This document shows, piece after piece, positions 24,589 through 32,000 of a stretch of 32,000 bases of DNA. The stretch is from Candidatus Omnitrophota bacterium (GTDB taxonomy: Bacteria > Omnitrophota > Gorgyraeia > 2-01-FULL-45-10). The translations under genes were made by a program, and so were the position numbers. The notes under the pieces were generated by a model that searched no databases, was not told the DNA's origin, and saw nothing but the letters and a program-made list of their open reading frames with translations. Every line of letters starts with the position of its first letter. Position 1 is the first letter of the stretch. The stretch lies in assembly GCA_023818895.1 (NCBI GenBank), contig JAMWCX010000001.1, positions 539,789 to 571,788 of the forward strand, given 5' to 3'.

Positions 24589-25287
24589 TCACCTTTCGCT
24601 TATCAACAACTCCGCCAGCTTGAAATCGATCGCGTCATCTATGTCAACGGATCTGTCCTTAGGCATTATATAGGCATATACGCCCGGTCCGAAAAAACTC
24701 CTGTTCGAGCGCAGGAACTCAGTAAGGGCAACGTATATCGCACCATTCAGCCGATAGAATTCTGGAAGCTTGTGTCTATTCTTATTTATAACGGCCTTTG
24801 GTAGAAAATCCTTCATCGAAAGATCCACGGGAATACTGTTTGCCCATAAAGGATTATGCTCTGCTTTGCATACGGATACTATACCTGCAGCTTTCCTGTC
24901 AAATAGCATCTTTAAGGCCGAAGTGATATCTCCAGCTACTCTTAGAGGAGATGTGGGCTGCAGAACCACGACAACATCATAGTCGCAGCCCTCATCTCTA
25001 AGCCAGTTAATGGCATGCAGTATAACATCTATCGTCTCCGTTCTATCCAACGAAAGGCGCTTCGGCCTTAGGAAAGGGATTTCCGCCCCGTATCTAGCAG
25101 AGATATTCGCTATCTCTTTATCGTCGGTGGTGACAATAACTCTGTCTATGCATCCGCATTTCAACGCTTCTCTGATCGTCCAGGCAATGAGCGGCTTACC
25201 TGCCAGATCCTTTACGTTCTTGCGAGGAAGGCCTTTCGACCCCCCTCGGGCAGGAATTATAGCGAGTATCGACCTTCCATTATACAT
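24589..25287 (-). CDS. neuA: CMP-nonulosonic acid synthetase (acylneuraminate cytidylyltransferase; LegF/NeuA type)
   Basis: 232-aa ORF. ILAIIPARGGSKGLPRKNVKDLAGKPLIAWTIREAL...IDRVIVTTDDKEIANISARYGAEIPFLRP is the canonical NeuA N-terminal signature. Confidence 0.9.
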   Translation of the reverse strand: MYNGRSILAIIPARGGSKGLPRKNVKDLAGKPLIAWTIREALKCGCIDRVIVTTDDKEIANISARYGAEIPFLRPKRLSLDRTETIDVILHAINWLRDEGCDYDVVVVLQPTSPLRVAGDITSALKMLFDRKAAGIVSVCKAEHNPLWANSIPVDLSMKDFLPKAVINKNRHKLPEFYRLNGAIYVALTEFLRSNRSFFGPGVYAYIMPKDRSVDIDDAIDFKLAELLISER

Positions 25288-25293
25288 TAAATA

Positions 25294-25953
25294 TCACCCT
25301 ATCTCTTTTATTATTTGAAAACCCTCAGCGCACAGGCATCCGGCTGAAGCACCGCGGCAGACTGCTAAAGAGCGTATGGCATTTTCGCTTCGCGGGAAGG
25401 GTGTCTTTTGCAGCTGGCCACTGTATATTTTCATAATGCTTATCTTCTTATCTATTGAATCGGAAATATCCACAAAAAAGTTCGGAACAAATACCGGGCC
25501 AGCTGGCGCAAAATCCGTCTCCGAAAGTATCTCCATCATAAGGATCCTGCGCAAGTACGAATACCTGAATATTTTGGTGCATGAATAGGCCGCATCAAAT
25601 ACTATCCTATGGTCTGAGTGCGCGTCGTTCCTGAACGGTAGGATAACGGTATCAGGCTTAACTTCGTTCATAAATTCTGAAACCATCTTTACCAGCTTAT
25701 GCTGCGAATACGTATCGAGCCCGGCAGGCCGCAGTTTGAGATTACGCACACCGCTGAAACCATATCTCTCCGAAACCATTCTGATTTCTTTCTTCCTATT
25801 ACTCACGGCCTTATGTTCATATCCGTATTTGACTTCCATATCTGTAAAATTCAACCAGAAGAGTTGCCATCCGCGTTTCCTGTATTCTACCAAAGTGCCA
25901 CCCGCACCCAGCGTCTCGTCGTCAGGATGAGGGGAAACAACCAATAGTCTCAT
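25294..25953 (-). CDS. PIG-L/LmbE-family N-deacetylase
   Basis: 219-aa ORF. MRLLVVSPHPDDETLGAGGTL and NDAHSDHR (HxDH) are the family zinc-binding motifs. Confidence 0.85.
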   Translation of the reverse strand: MRLLVVSPHPDDETLGAGGTLVEYRKRGWQLFWLNFTDMEVKYGYEHKAVSNRKKEIRMVSERYGFSGVRNLKLRPAGLDTYSQHKLVKMVSEFMNEVKPDTVILPFRNDAHSDHRIVFDAAYSCTKIFRYSYLRRILMMEILSETDFAPAGPVFVPNFFVDISDSIDKKISIMKIYSGQLQKTPFPRSENAIRSLAVCRGASAGCLCAEGFQIIKEIG

Positions 25954-26837
25954 AAGTAATCCCCTTCTTCTATATTTTTCCGCAATTCACAATCAAGTAT
26001 CCTGATGCAATGGTCCCCTGCCTTCACTAGCAATCCCCCATTGGGGTATGTCTTGAGCACTTTGCCGGGTTCGGCGTAGTTTTCACCGTCCAAGACCTCT
26101 TCAACCTTCCACACCTTTACAGAATGCCCTTTATAGATGAAATGCGCTCCCGGATATGGCCTGTCAAGAGCTCTCACCAAGTTATATATCCTCCTCGAAG
26201 ACATCCTCCAGTCTATCTCGCCATCCTTAATAGATCTCTTGCGCAGATATGTCGCCTCGGCATGGTTCTGCGGCGTCCTAACTACAATGCCACTCTCTAA
26301 CTCAGGTATCTTTCTTGAAAGCAAGGCTATAGTAGTTTCAATCATCTTTCTGTATATGTCAGAGGCACTATCGGTAAGAAGTATGTCAAATTCTGCCTGA
26401 GCCCATATATCGCCGGCATCGACTTTCTCATCGATCCAGAAAAGCGTAACCCCACTTTTTTTCATTCCGTTGGCTATGGCCCATATTATTGGGTGTCTGC
26501 CCCTATTCTTCGGCAATAGTGACGGATGGCTACCTATCCATCCGAGTTTTGGGATGTCAAGCATGGAGAGGGGTATTATTTGCGAGAGCCCCAGAACAAA
26601 GACCGCGTCCGGTTTCTTCATTCTTATTACCGGCTCCATTTCGTTTATCTTATTGAAGTAAAGCACTTTTTTGCTGTAGTTCCTGGCCACTACGCCGAGA
26701 TCGCAATAATCGCTGTTTATCCTTGCAGCTTTCCTGTAAGGACAGAGTATGTCCGTGACATTCACCTTCATATTGAGCAATGCTCTCAGGCAATGTGCAC
26801 TGTATTCGACGGAACCTATGAATATATAACTCTTCAT
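25950..26837 (-). CDS. Formyltransferase (Fmt/ArnA-N-like, likely sugar N-formyltransferase)
   Basis: 295-aa ORF. IGSHPSLLPKNRGRHPIIWAI (HxSLLPxxRG) and DAGDI carry the catalytic His and Asp, and a C-terminal Formyl_trans_C-like domain follows. There are ATGA overlaps at both ends (25950-25953 and 26834-26837). Confidence 0.8.
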   Translation of the reverse strand: MKSYIFIGSVEYSAHCLRALLNMKVNVTDILCPYRKAARINSDYCDLGVVARNYSKKVLYFNKINEMEPVIRMKKPDAVFVLGLSQIIPLSMLDIPKLGWIGSHPSLLPKNRGRHPIIWAIANGMKKSGVTLFWIDEKVDAGDIWAQAEFDILLTDSASDIYRKMIETTIALLSRKIPELESGIVVRTPQNHAEATYLRKRSIKDGEIDWRMSSRRIYNLVRALDRPYPGAHFIYKGHSVKVWKVEEVLDGENYAEPGKVLKTYPNGGLLVKAGDHCIRILDCELRKNIEEGDYL

Positions 26838-28009
26838 CGCGTAATATCGTAAAATCTCTTTTTTATCAGGTACTCTCCAAGCTCGATGCGCTTAAGTCTA
26901 TCTACTATATAGGTACTGGCACTACCTTGGCCGTAAGGATTACGCAGATACCGAAGTGAACGAATAAAATCCGGGGAAAGCGCTATTTTTATGGCCCTGG
27001 TAATGGCCTTTTCTTCACACACCGACACATCTATGACGTTAGAGGCTCGTATCCTCCCCTTTTGCCTGTCTCCAATATTCACCACCGGCAACTTGAAAGA
27101 AGGCGCCTCTATGAGCCCACTGGAAGAGTTACCTACCATCACTGAAGCGTGTTTCAACAAAGAAAGGTATTTCACCTGCCCAAGAGAGATAAACTGCCCG
27201 CTACTCTCAGGGAAGCGTTTAGTAAAGGCGCGTATCCTTTCCGCTATGGTAGTCCATCCTGTATCTGTGTTCGGCGATGTGAATACCCAGTATAAGCCGT
27301 CGAAACTATTCAGAGAGCGCAATAGTTCTTCCATTTGGTGCGACGCAGTTCTTTCCTCTAGTGTTACAGGATGGTATGTCACTACACCTATCTTCTTCTC
27401 AGGAGGTATATTGAGCACTTCTTCCAGCTCTTTTCTTCCTAGGAGTTTCAGCTTGCGCACGTTATCAAGCCCCGGCGCACCGAAGCAGAATACATTTGCC
27501 GGATTTTCCCCCATCTGTATTATGCGGCTCCTGTACTGCCGATTCGAAGCAAAGTGAACATGGCTCATCTTGGTTATTGCGTGTCTTATCAATTCGTCTA
27601 TCAGTCCTTCGGTAGACTCGCCGCCGTGTATGTGAGCTATGGGAATCCTAAAAGGCATCGCGGCCGCAGCCGCGGAAAGGATCTCGAACCTATCGCCCAA
27701 AAGGACGATAATATCGGGTTTTATTTTTTCATATATACGCGCGAACTTAATAATTCCCATCCCCATAGCCTTGGCGATCGCGCCTTCGGTATCCGATGAT
27801 GAAAGTATGTTCACTTTGGCAGCTATTGGAAAGCCATCCTTTATTATCTGGTTTACTGTACTCCCGAAATCAGACGACAGGTGCATGCCGGTCACTATAA
27901 GCAGAAGGCTTAGGCCAGGATCTTCGTTTATACTCTTTATGATCCAATAAAGATGGCCGTATTCCGCTCGGGATCCGGTAACGACGGCTATTTTACGTTT
28001 TGCAGGCAT
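26834..28009 (-). CDS. neuC: Nucleotide-sugar 2-epimerase (hydrolysing), NeuC/LegG type
   Basis: 391-aa ORF. KIAVVTGSRAEYGHLYWII, GDRFEILSAA, IAHIHGGESTEGLIDELIRHAITKMSHVHF and VGNSSSGLIEAPSFKLPVVNIGDRQKGR fit the hydrolysing epimerase subfamily. Confidence 0.85.
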   Translation of the reverse strand: MPAKRKIAVVTGSRAEYGHLYWIIKSINEDPGLSLLLIVTGMHLSSDFGSTVNQIIKDGFPIAAKVNILSSSDTEGAIAKAMGMGIIKFARIYEKIKPDIIVLLGDRFEILSAAAAAMPFRIPIAHIHGGESTEGLIDELIRHAITKMSHVHFASNRQYRSRIIQMGENPANVFCFGAPGLDNVRKLKLLGRKELEEVLNIPPEKKIGVVTYHPVTLEERTASHQMEELLRSLNSFDGLYWVFTSPNTDTGWTTIAERIRAFTKRFPESSGQFISLGQVKYLSLLKHASVMVGNSSSGLIEAPSFKLPVVNIGDRQKGRIRASNVIDVSVCEEKAITRAIKIALSPDFIRSLRYLRNPYGQGSASTYIVDRLKRIELGEYLIKKRFYDITR

Positions 28010-28010
28010 C

Positions 28011-29090
28011 CTAAACGCCTTTCTGAAGGAGATACAGACTATCCTGATATTCCTTCCATTGCCCTATATCCACCCACCCACCGTAAACTGGATATACAGA
28101 TACTTTAAGCGACTTCTTTATTGCGCGTTCTATCAGATGGTTCATATCTATCCGTTCCCTGTCTCCGATCAGCCCCATAACCCCTGGCTCCATTATATAG
28201 ACGCCTACATTGATTATCAGGTCAAAAACCGGCTTCTCGTTGATGGCCTTTAGATCGCCATTCTCTATCTCAAGCATACCGTAAGGTATGCTCATCTCCT
28301 TATGACAGCCAATAATGGTTATCTGAGCCTTCTCACCCTTATGCCAGAGCAATATGTTCTTGAACTCGTTATCGAGCAATATGTCACAGTTGCATACGAA
28401 AAAAGTTTCTTTTATGCGGTTTCTTAAGAGACCCAGACTTCCGGCTGTACCGAGATATTCATCTTCCTCCACCCAATCGACCTTATACGGAAGCTGGTTC
28501 TCTTTAAGATACATCTTTATAAGCTCTTTCTTGTAATTGAGCGTTAGGATGAAATTGTAAAAACCGTACTTGTTAAAATTATCCATTATTTTTTCTAAGA
28601 TAGGTTTATCACCAAAAGGTATGAGGGGCTTTGGTAATATTTTCGTAAATGGGTCTAGGCGCTCACCCTTGCCTCCTGCCATTATCACGACCGGATTTGA
28701 CATCGAATGAGGCACGAGCTGTTCATGAGGGTGCTTGTCAAAGAAATCATACCAGACTTCTATATCAAGTATCTTCCCTGCCTCGTTAACGACTGGTACA
28801 GCAGAAAGGTGTTCCTCCCGTATATAACGCCTTATCTTCTCCCTGAAGTCCGCGTCACCTCTTCTCACAAATCGAGGAGACTTGAACATGATATCTTTTA
28901 TCGGGCGATCAAACCCCACATTGCTAAGAATGGCCCTCCTGATATCTCCATCCGTAACGGAGCCGATTAGCCTATCGCTGTCGTCTACAACGAATATGAC
29001 TTTTGTAAGGACGGAACTGAGCGTCTTCATGGCGATTTTTACAGATGTGTAAGGTCCTATCAAAAGCTTCTTGACTTCTTCAGTATGCAT
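28011..29090 (-). CDS. CBS-pair + sugar-phosphate nucleotidyltransferase (PtmE-like)
   Basis: 359-aa ORF. The N-terminal CBS pair includes LIGSVTDGDIRRAIL and AVPVVNEAGKILDI. The nucleotidyltransferase domain reads VVIMAGGKGERLDPFTKILPKPLIPFGDKPILE (GGxGxRL). Confidence 0.8.
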   Translation of the reverse strand: MHTEEVKKLLIGPYTSVKIAMKTLSSVLTKVIFVVDDSDRLIGSVTDGDIRRAILSNVGFDRPIKDIMFKSPRFVRRGDADFREKIRRYIREEHLSAVPVVNEAGKILDIEVWYDFFDKHPHEQLVPHSMSNPVVIMAGGKGERLDPFTKILPKPLIPFGDKPILEKIMDNFNKYGFYNFILTLNYKKELIKMYLKENQLPYKVDWVEEDEYLGTAGSLGLLRNRIKETFFVCNCDILLDNEFKNILLWHKGEKAQITIIGCHKEMSIPYGMLEIENGDLKAINEKPVFDLIINVGVYIMEPGVMGLIGDRERIDMNHLIERAIKKSLKVSVYPVYGGWVDIGQWKEYQDSLYLLQKGV

Positions 29091-29114
29091 GTGTCTCTTG
29101 TTTCTCTTAGTGAT

Positions 29115-30155
29115 CTATCTATCTGAGACCTTTTCGAAATATTCCGGTTTCAGCAACCCATCTTTCTGTATGTTCTTAACGGCTCTGACCCCAACTATCT
29201 CTCTTAAGCGCTCAATACCCATTCCGTTTCCGGCTCTTTTGGCACAAATGTCTCTACCATTAATCATCTCGCCAACCTTTATGTCTCTGGCGGCAACGAG
29301 GCTGCGCCGCATCGTAAGTCTAGTATCAAGCTCAGACCTTACTGGCCTTTTCACGCCGTCACCCATCGCACGTTCAATATTCCTGATAGCCATGACCATC
29401 TTTTTCAGTTCATCCGGCTCTATAGAGGCCCTGTGGTCCGGCCCTTTCATAAAGCGACTAAGCGTGATATGCTTTTCTATGACGCATGCGCCCATCGCAA
29501 CAGCAGCTATAGGCACTTCTATGCCTAGCGTGTGGTCTGAAAGGCCTATCGGCAAGCCAAATTCTGAAGCCATAGTCTTCATGGCTAAAAGATTGACATC
29601 CCCCATCCGCGTCGGATAACTCGAAACGCAATGAAGGAGCACAAGGTCATCCCCAGCATTATTCCTTCTCCTTTCGCCCCTGATCCATCCTACAGCTTCC
29701 CCGACCTCCGAAAGATATGACATCCCGGTAGAAAGTATTATCGGCTTACCCTTCCGTGCAATATGCCTCACGAGCGGTTCGTTCGTAATTTCCCCAGAAG
29801 GTACCTTAAATATCTTCATCCCTAAGCTATCAAGAAAATCGGCGCTAGACTCATCGAAGGGGCTAGACATGAAAATTATGCCACGGCGCCTGCAGTAAAG
29901 ATACAGTTCTTTCTGATCATGCCAGGATAGCTCCAACCGCTTCAGCATCGCCAACTGCGTGCCACTTTCCGGCAAATTCTTTTTCTGATAACGTGCCTTC
30001 GAAGCACTACGAGTAGCTAATGAATCCGCCCTGAAAGATTGGAACTTTACGGCGTCGCAACCGGCATCGCGAGCCACATCTATAAGCGTCTTTGCGGTCC
30101 TTACAGAACCGTTATGATTGACTCCGATCTCCGCAACTATGAATATCTTGCTCAC
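29115..30155 (-). CDS. neuB: Nonulosonic acid synthase (NeuB/LegI type)
   Basis: The track ORF starts at a TTG (30179). The GTG at 30155 has GAGGG 6 nt upstream. IFIVAEIGVNHNGSVRTAKTLIDVARDAGCDAVKFQ is the NeuB signature, and the C-terminal SAF domain reads ARDIKVGEMINGRDICAKRAGNG. Either start overlaps the upstream gene by 44-68 nt. Confidence 0.9.
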   Translation of the reverse strand: MSKIFIVAEIGVNHNGSVRTAKTLIDVARDAGCDAVKFQSFRADSLATRSASKARYQKKNLPESGTQLAMLKRLELSWHDQKELYLYCRRRGIIFMSSPFDESSADFLDSLGMKIFKVPSGEITNEPLVRHIARKGKPIILSTGMSYLSEVGEAVGWIRGERRRNNAGDDLVLLHCVSSYPTRMGDVNLLAMKTMASEFGLPIGLSDHTLGIEVPIAAVAMGACVIEKHITLSRFMKGPDHRASIEPDELKKMVMAIRNIERAMGDGVKRPVRSELDTRLTMRRSLVAARDIKVGEMINGRDICAKRAGNGMGIERLREIVGVRAVKNIQKDGLLKPEYFEKVSDR

Positions 30156-30795
30156 TTTTTTCCCTCGCAGGGATACCAAAGACGGTACATCCGTCGCTCA
30201 CGTCCCTTGTCACGACTGCGCCAGCTCCTACAGTAACGAACCTTCCTATTTTCAGACCCTGAAGAACAATTGCACCAATGCCGATATGGGAACATTCACC
30301 TACTCTTACTCCACCGGCAAGTACTGAACCTACGGAAACATGAACGTGGTCCTCGATATAGCAGTCGTGCTCAATTACGGCCGCCGTGTTAACAATGACA
30401 TTCTCGCCCACCGTGCAGTTAGCTTGTATAACGGCACCCGCCATAACCTGCGTGCCACTTCCTAGCCTGGCGCTTTTTGCAACAATAGCACTCTTATGCA
30501 CTATCACTGGTATATCAAAATCATTTCGCAACCTTTCAAATACCTCTTTTCGCCTGACTGATGCCTTTACCGTACCTATGCCTATAGCAAGGAGCGGCAC
30601 ACCTTTTTTGCCGAACATTCGACCAAGCGCACTTTCATCTCCAAGGACAGGATATCCAAGCACCTTATCCGACGTCTTCCTGTTAGGATCTATAATACCG
30701 GCAACAGCGTACACACCCATTGAGAGCACTGCGTCCAAGAGCACCTTAGCGTGTCCACCACCCCCTACTATGACAACATTTTTTCTTTTATTCAT
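30112..30795 (-). CDS. neuD: NeuD/PglD-family sugar N-acetyltransferase (hexapeptide repeat; LegH-like)
   Basis: The track ORF starts at TTG 30813. The ATG at 30795 gives MNKRKNVVIVGGGGHAKVLLDAV, the usual NeuD-family N-terminus. Left-handed beta-helix repeats follow: VGENVIVNTAAVIEHDCYIEDHVHVSVGSVLAGGVRVGECSHIGIGAIV. The start is uncertain. Confidence 0.85.
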   Translation of the reverse strand: MNKRKNVVIVGGGGHAKVLLDAVLSMGVYAVAGIIDPNRKTSDKVLGYPVLGDESALGRMFGKKGVPLLAIGIGTVKASVRRKEVFERLRNDFDIPVIVHKSAIVAKSARLGSGTQVMAGAVIQANCTVGENVIVNTAAVIEHDCYIEDHVHVSVGSVLAGGVRVGECSHIGIGAIVLQGLKIGRFVTVGAGAVVTRDVSDGCTVFGIPAREKSEQDIHSCGDRSQS

Positions 30796-30824
30796 GTTTG
30801 TCCGTAATAACAAAATAAGAGAGC

Positions 30825-31532
30825 TTATTTTTTATATATCGAGATTAAGTAAAAGTTATGCGGCATCACCGCATTCTTAATGAGCCGCTCTCCATTACAT
30901 ATCTCGGTCCATGTTTTTATCGGGTCTTTACTCTTTGGTATATCAAACGGAATGCTAAATTTATCAAACGATGAGGATGCGACATCTTTGTTCTCCCTAA
31001 AATACTGTTCATAGGAATATCTAGAAAATGTATTGTATCCTGTATGCCAAAGCCGTTTCTCGTCTTCTGAATACCTATACCGTATCAGGCAGTCAACCGG
31101 ATAATCATTAACACGGGTAAAGATCGCTACCATGCCACCTTTCTTAGTTACCCTCAGCAATTCGTCGATTACCTTATCGAACCTGTCAAAAAAACCTATC
31201 GTACCCATGCAGGTGGTAACATCGAAACGCTGATCGTCAAGGCACATAGACCTTACATCGCCTAATACAAATCTGCATTCCTTTATCCTTGCCCGTCCTT
31301 CGCGTACAAGGACTTCGTCACAATCAAGCACCGTTATGTCAATATCACCGAATCTATGCCTAATATAGCTGGCAAACGCTCCTGTCGCTCCACCAACATC
31401 CAGCAGCGACCACCCTTTCCTGTTCTTTATAAAGTCCTGTATCTTGTCCCCCACTACCTTAAAATAATGCTTTGGTTTGCTAGGATCCGCTTTGAGAAGA
31501 CAGCCGGTCCTTTTATAATATGCTCCCTGCAT
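30825..31532 (-). CDS. Class I SAM-dependent methyltransferase
   Basis: 235-aa ORF. Motif I is WSLLDVGGATGAFASYI, followed by VLDCDE and a GGMVAIF region. Its start overlaps the upstream aminotransferase stop by 20 nt. Confidence 0.75.
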   Translation of the reverse strand: MQGAYYKRTGCLLKADPSKPKHYFKVVGDKIQDFIKNRKGWSLLDVGGATGAFASYIRHRFGDIDITVLDCDEVLVREGRARIKECRFVLGDVRSMCLDDQRFDVTTCMGTIGFFDRFDKVIDELLRVTKKGGMVAIFTRVNDYPVDCLIRYRYSEDEKRLWHTGYNTFSRYSYEQYFRENKDVASSSFDKFSIPFDIPKSKDPIKTWTEICNGERLIKNAVMPHNFYLISIYKK

Positions 31533-32000
31533 TTACTACCGCCTTTCTTCCCAGACAAATCTGCTCTTTACTAACCCTCCTACTAAGCCTTTCTTTCGCA
31601 AAAAAACTGGCAATCGTTGAAACAACTCGGTGTATATCCGATTCTTTCAGGTCTACGCTGCAAGGCACGTTTATGCATGTCTCGTATACTTCTACAGCAT
31701 GCTCAACCCTATAAGACATGTATCTTCGGTACATAGGCAGTGTATTGATGGGATTCCAGACAGAACGTACTTGTATACCCATTGTAGTCAGGTATTTCAT
31801 AAGCGGTTTTTTGCACCCCCGTGGTAACCTGATAGTATAAAACCAGAAATTGCTCTTCACTGTAGGCGTATCTTCCCATATTAATTCCACCTTATCTAAG
31901 CCAGACAACAACCTTCTATAAAGACGCGCGTTATCGCGCTTTATCTTTATGTACTCATCGAGTTTCTCCATCTGCGCCACGCCCATAGCGGCCTGGATAT
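31513..32000 (-). CDS. DegT/DnrJ/EryC1-family sugar aminotransferase, C-terminal part only (LegC/PglE-like; N-terminus beyond window end)
   Basis: The track ORF begins at an internal Met (31986), but the frame stays open to 32000 (...IQAAMGVAQMEKLDEYIKIKRDNARLY...). That matches the conserved xQAAxGxxQLxKLD segment and C-terminal domain of DegT-family enzymes. Confidence 0.8.
   Translation of the reverse strand, partial: IQAAMGVAQMEKLDEYIKIKRDNARLYRRLLSGLDKVELIWEDTPTVKSNFWFYTIRLPRGCKKPLMKYLTTMGIQVRSVWNPINTLPMYRRYMSYRVEHAVEVYETCINVPCSVDLKESDIHRVVSTIASFFAKERLSRRVSKEQICLGRKAVVNAGSIL

Noticed and set aside
27655-27675. A GC-rich, partly palindromic stretch containing GCGGCCGC (gcggccgcagccgcgg), considered as a regulatory hairpin or site.
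   Set aside because: It lies inside neuC and simply encodes the Ala run in LSAAAAAMPF. No T-run or flanking non-coding sequence is present.
1-32000. Search for mobile elements, defence systems, CRISPR arrays, tRNA/rRNA genes, Maf-type flagellin glycosyltransferases and toxin-antitoxin pairs.
   Set aside because: I found no transposase/integrase/recombinase-like ORF, no inverted or direct repeat arrays, no nuclease/helicase/ATPase defence-type domains and no structured-RNA-sized gaps. The two large orphan proteins lack the GxGPSL-type Maf/DUF115 motif I looked for.

Overview
The window is essentially one uninterrupted minus-strand operon. It holds 29 co-directional CDS, two of them cut by the window edges. 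I saw no convincing plus-strand gene, RNA gene, CRISPR array, transposase/integrase or terminator-sized gap. The largest intergenic gap is about 41 nt, and 11 gene junctions have overlapping stop and start codons. The right third (24.6-32 kb) is a recognisable legionaminic-acid-type nonulosonic acid (NulO) pathway: DegT aminotransferase, NeuD-family N-acetyltransferase, NeuB synthase, CBS-nucleotidyltransferase, NeuC hydrolysing 2-epimerase and NeuA cytidylyltransferase. Embedded in it are a PIG-L deacetylase, a formyltransferase and a methyltransferase. Next comes the PP-loop amidotransferase/HisH/HisF trio expected for acetamidino formation. The remaining ~21 kb is the unusual part. It contains two dissimilar sulfotransferases bracketing an orphan 459-aa protein, and three divergent B12-binding radical SAM enzymes. 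It also has a four-gene aminotransferase/flavoprotein/dehydrogenase cassette and two further cytidylyltransferase domains, one fused to a GT2 glycosyltransferase with a degenerate CTP loop. Two large orphan proteins (629 and 671 aa), two more methyltransferases and an MsbA/PglK-type ABC exporter complete it. My best reading is a hyper-decorating glycan (or glycosylated metabolite) island. It would make a sulfated, methylated, N-formyl/acetamidino NulO derivative using radical SAM plus sulfation chemistry that I do not know to be described for nonulosonic acids. All functional calls rest on motif recognition by eye; no searches were run. Several start codons were re-assigned by hand (GTG/TTG starts and internal ATGs with better SD/overlap context).
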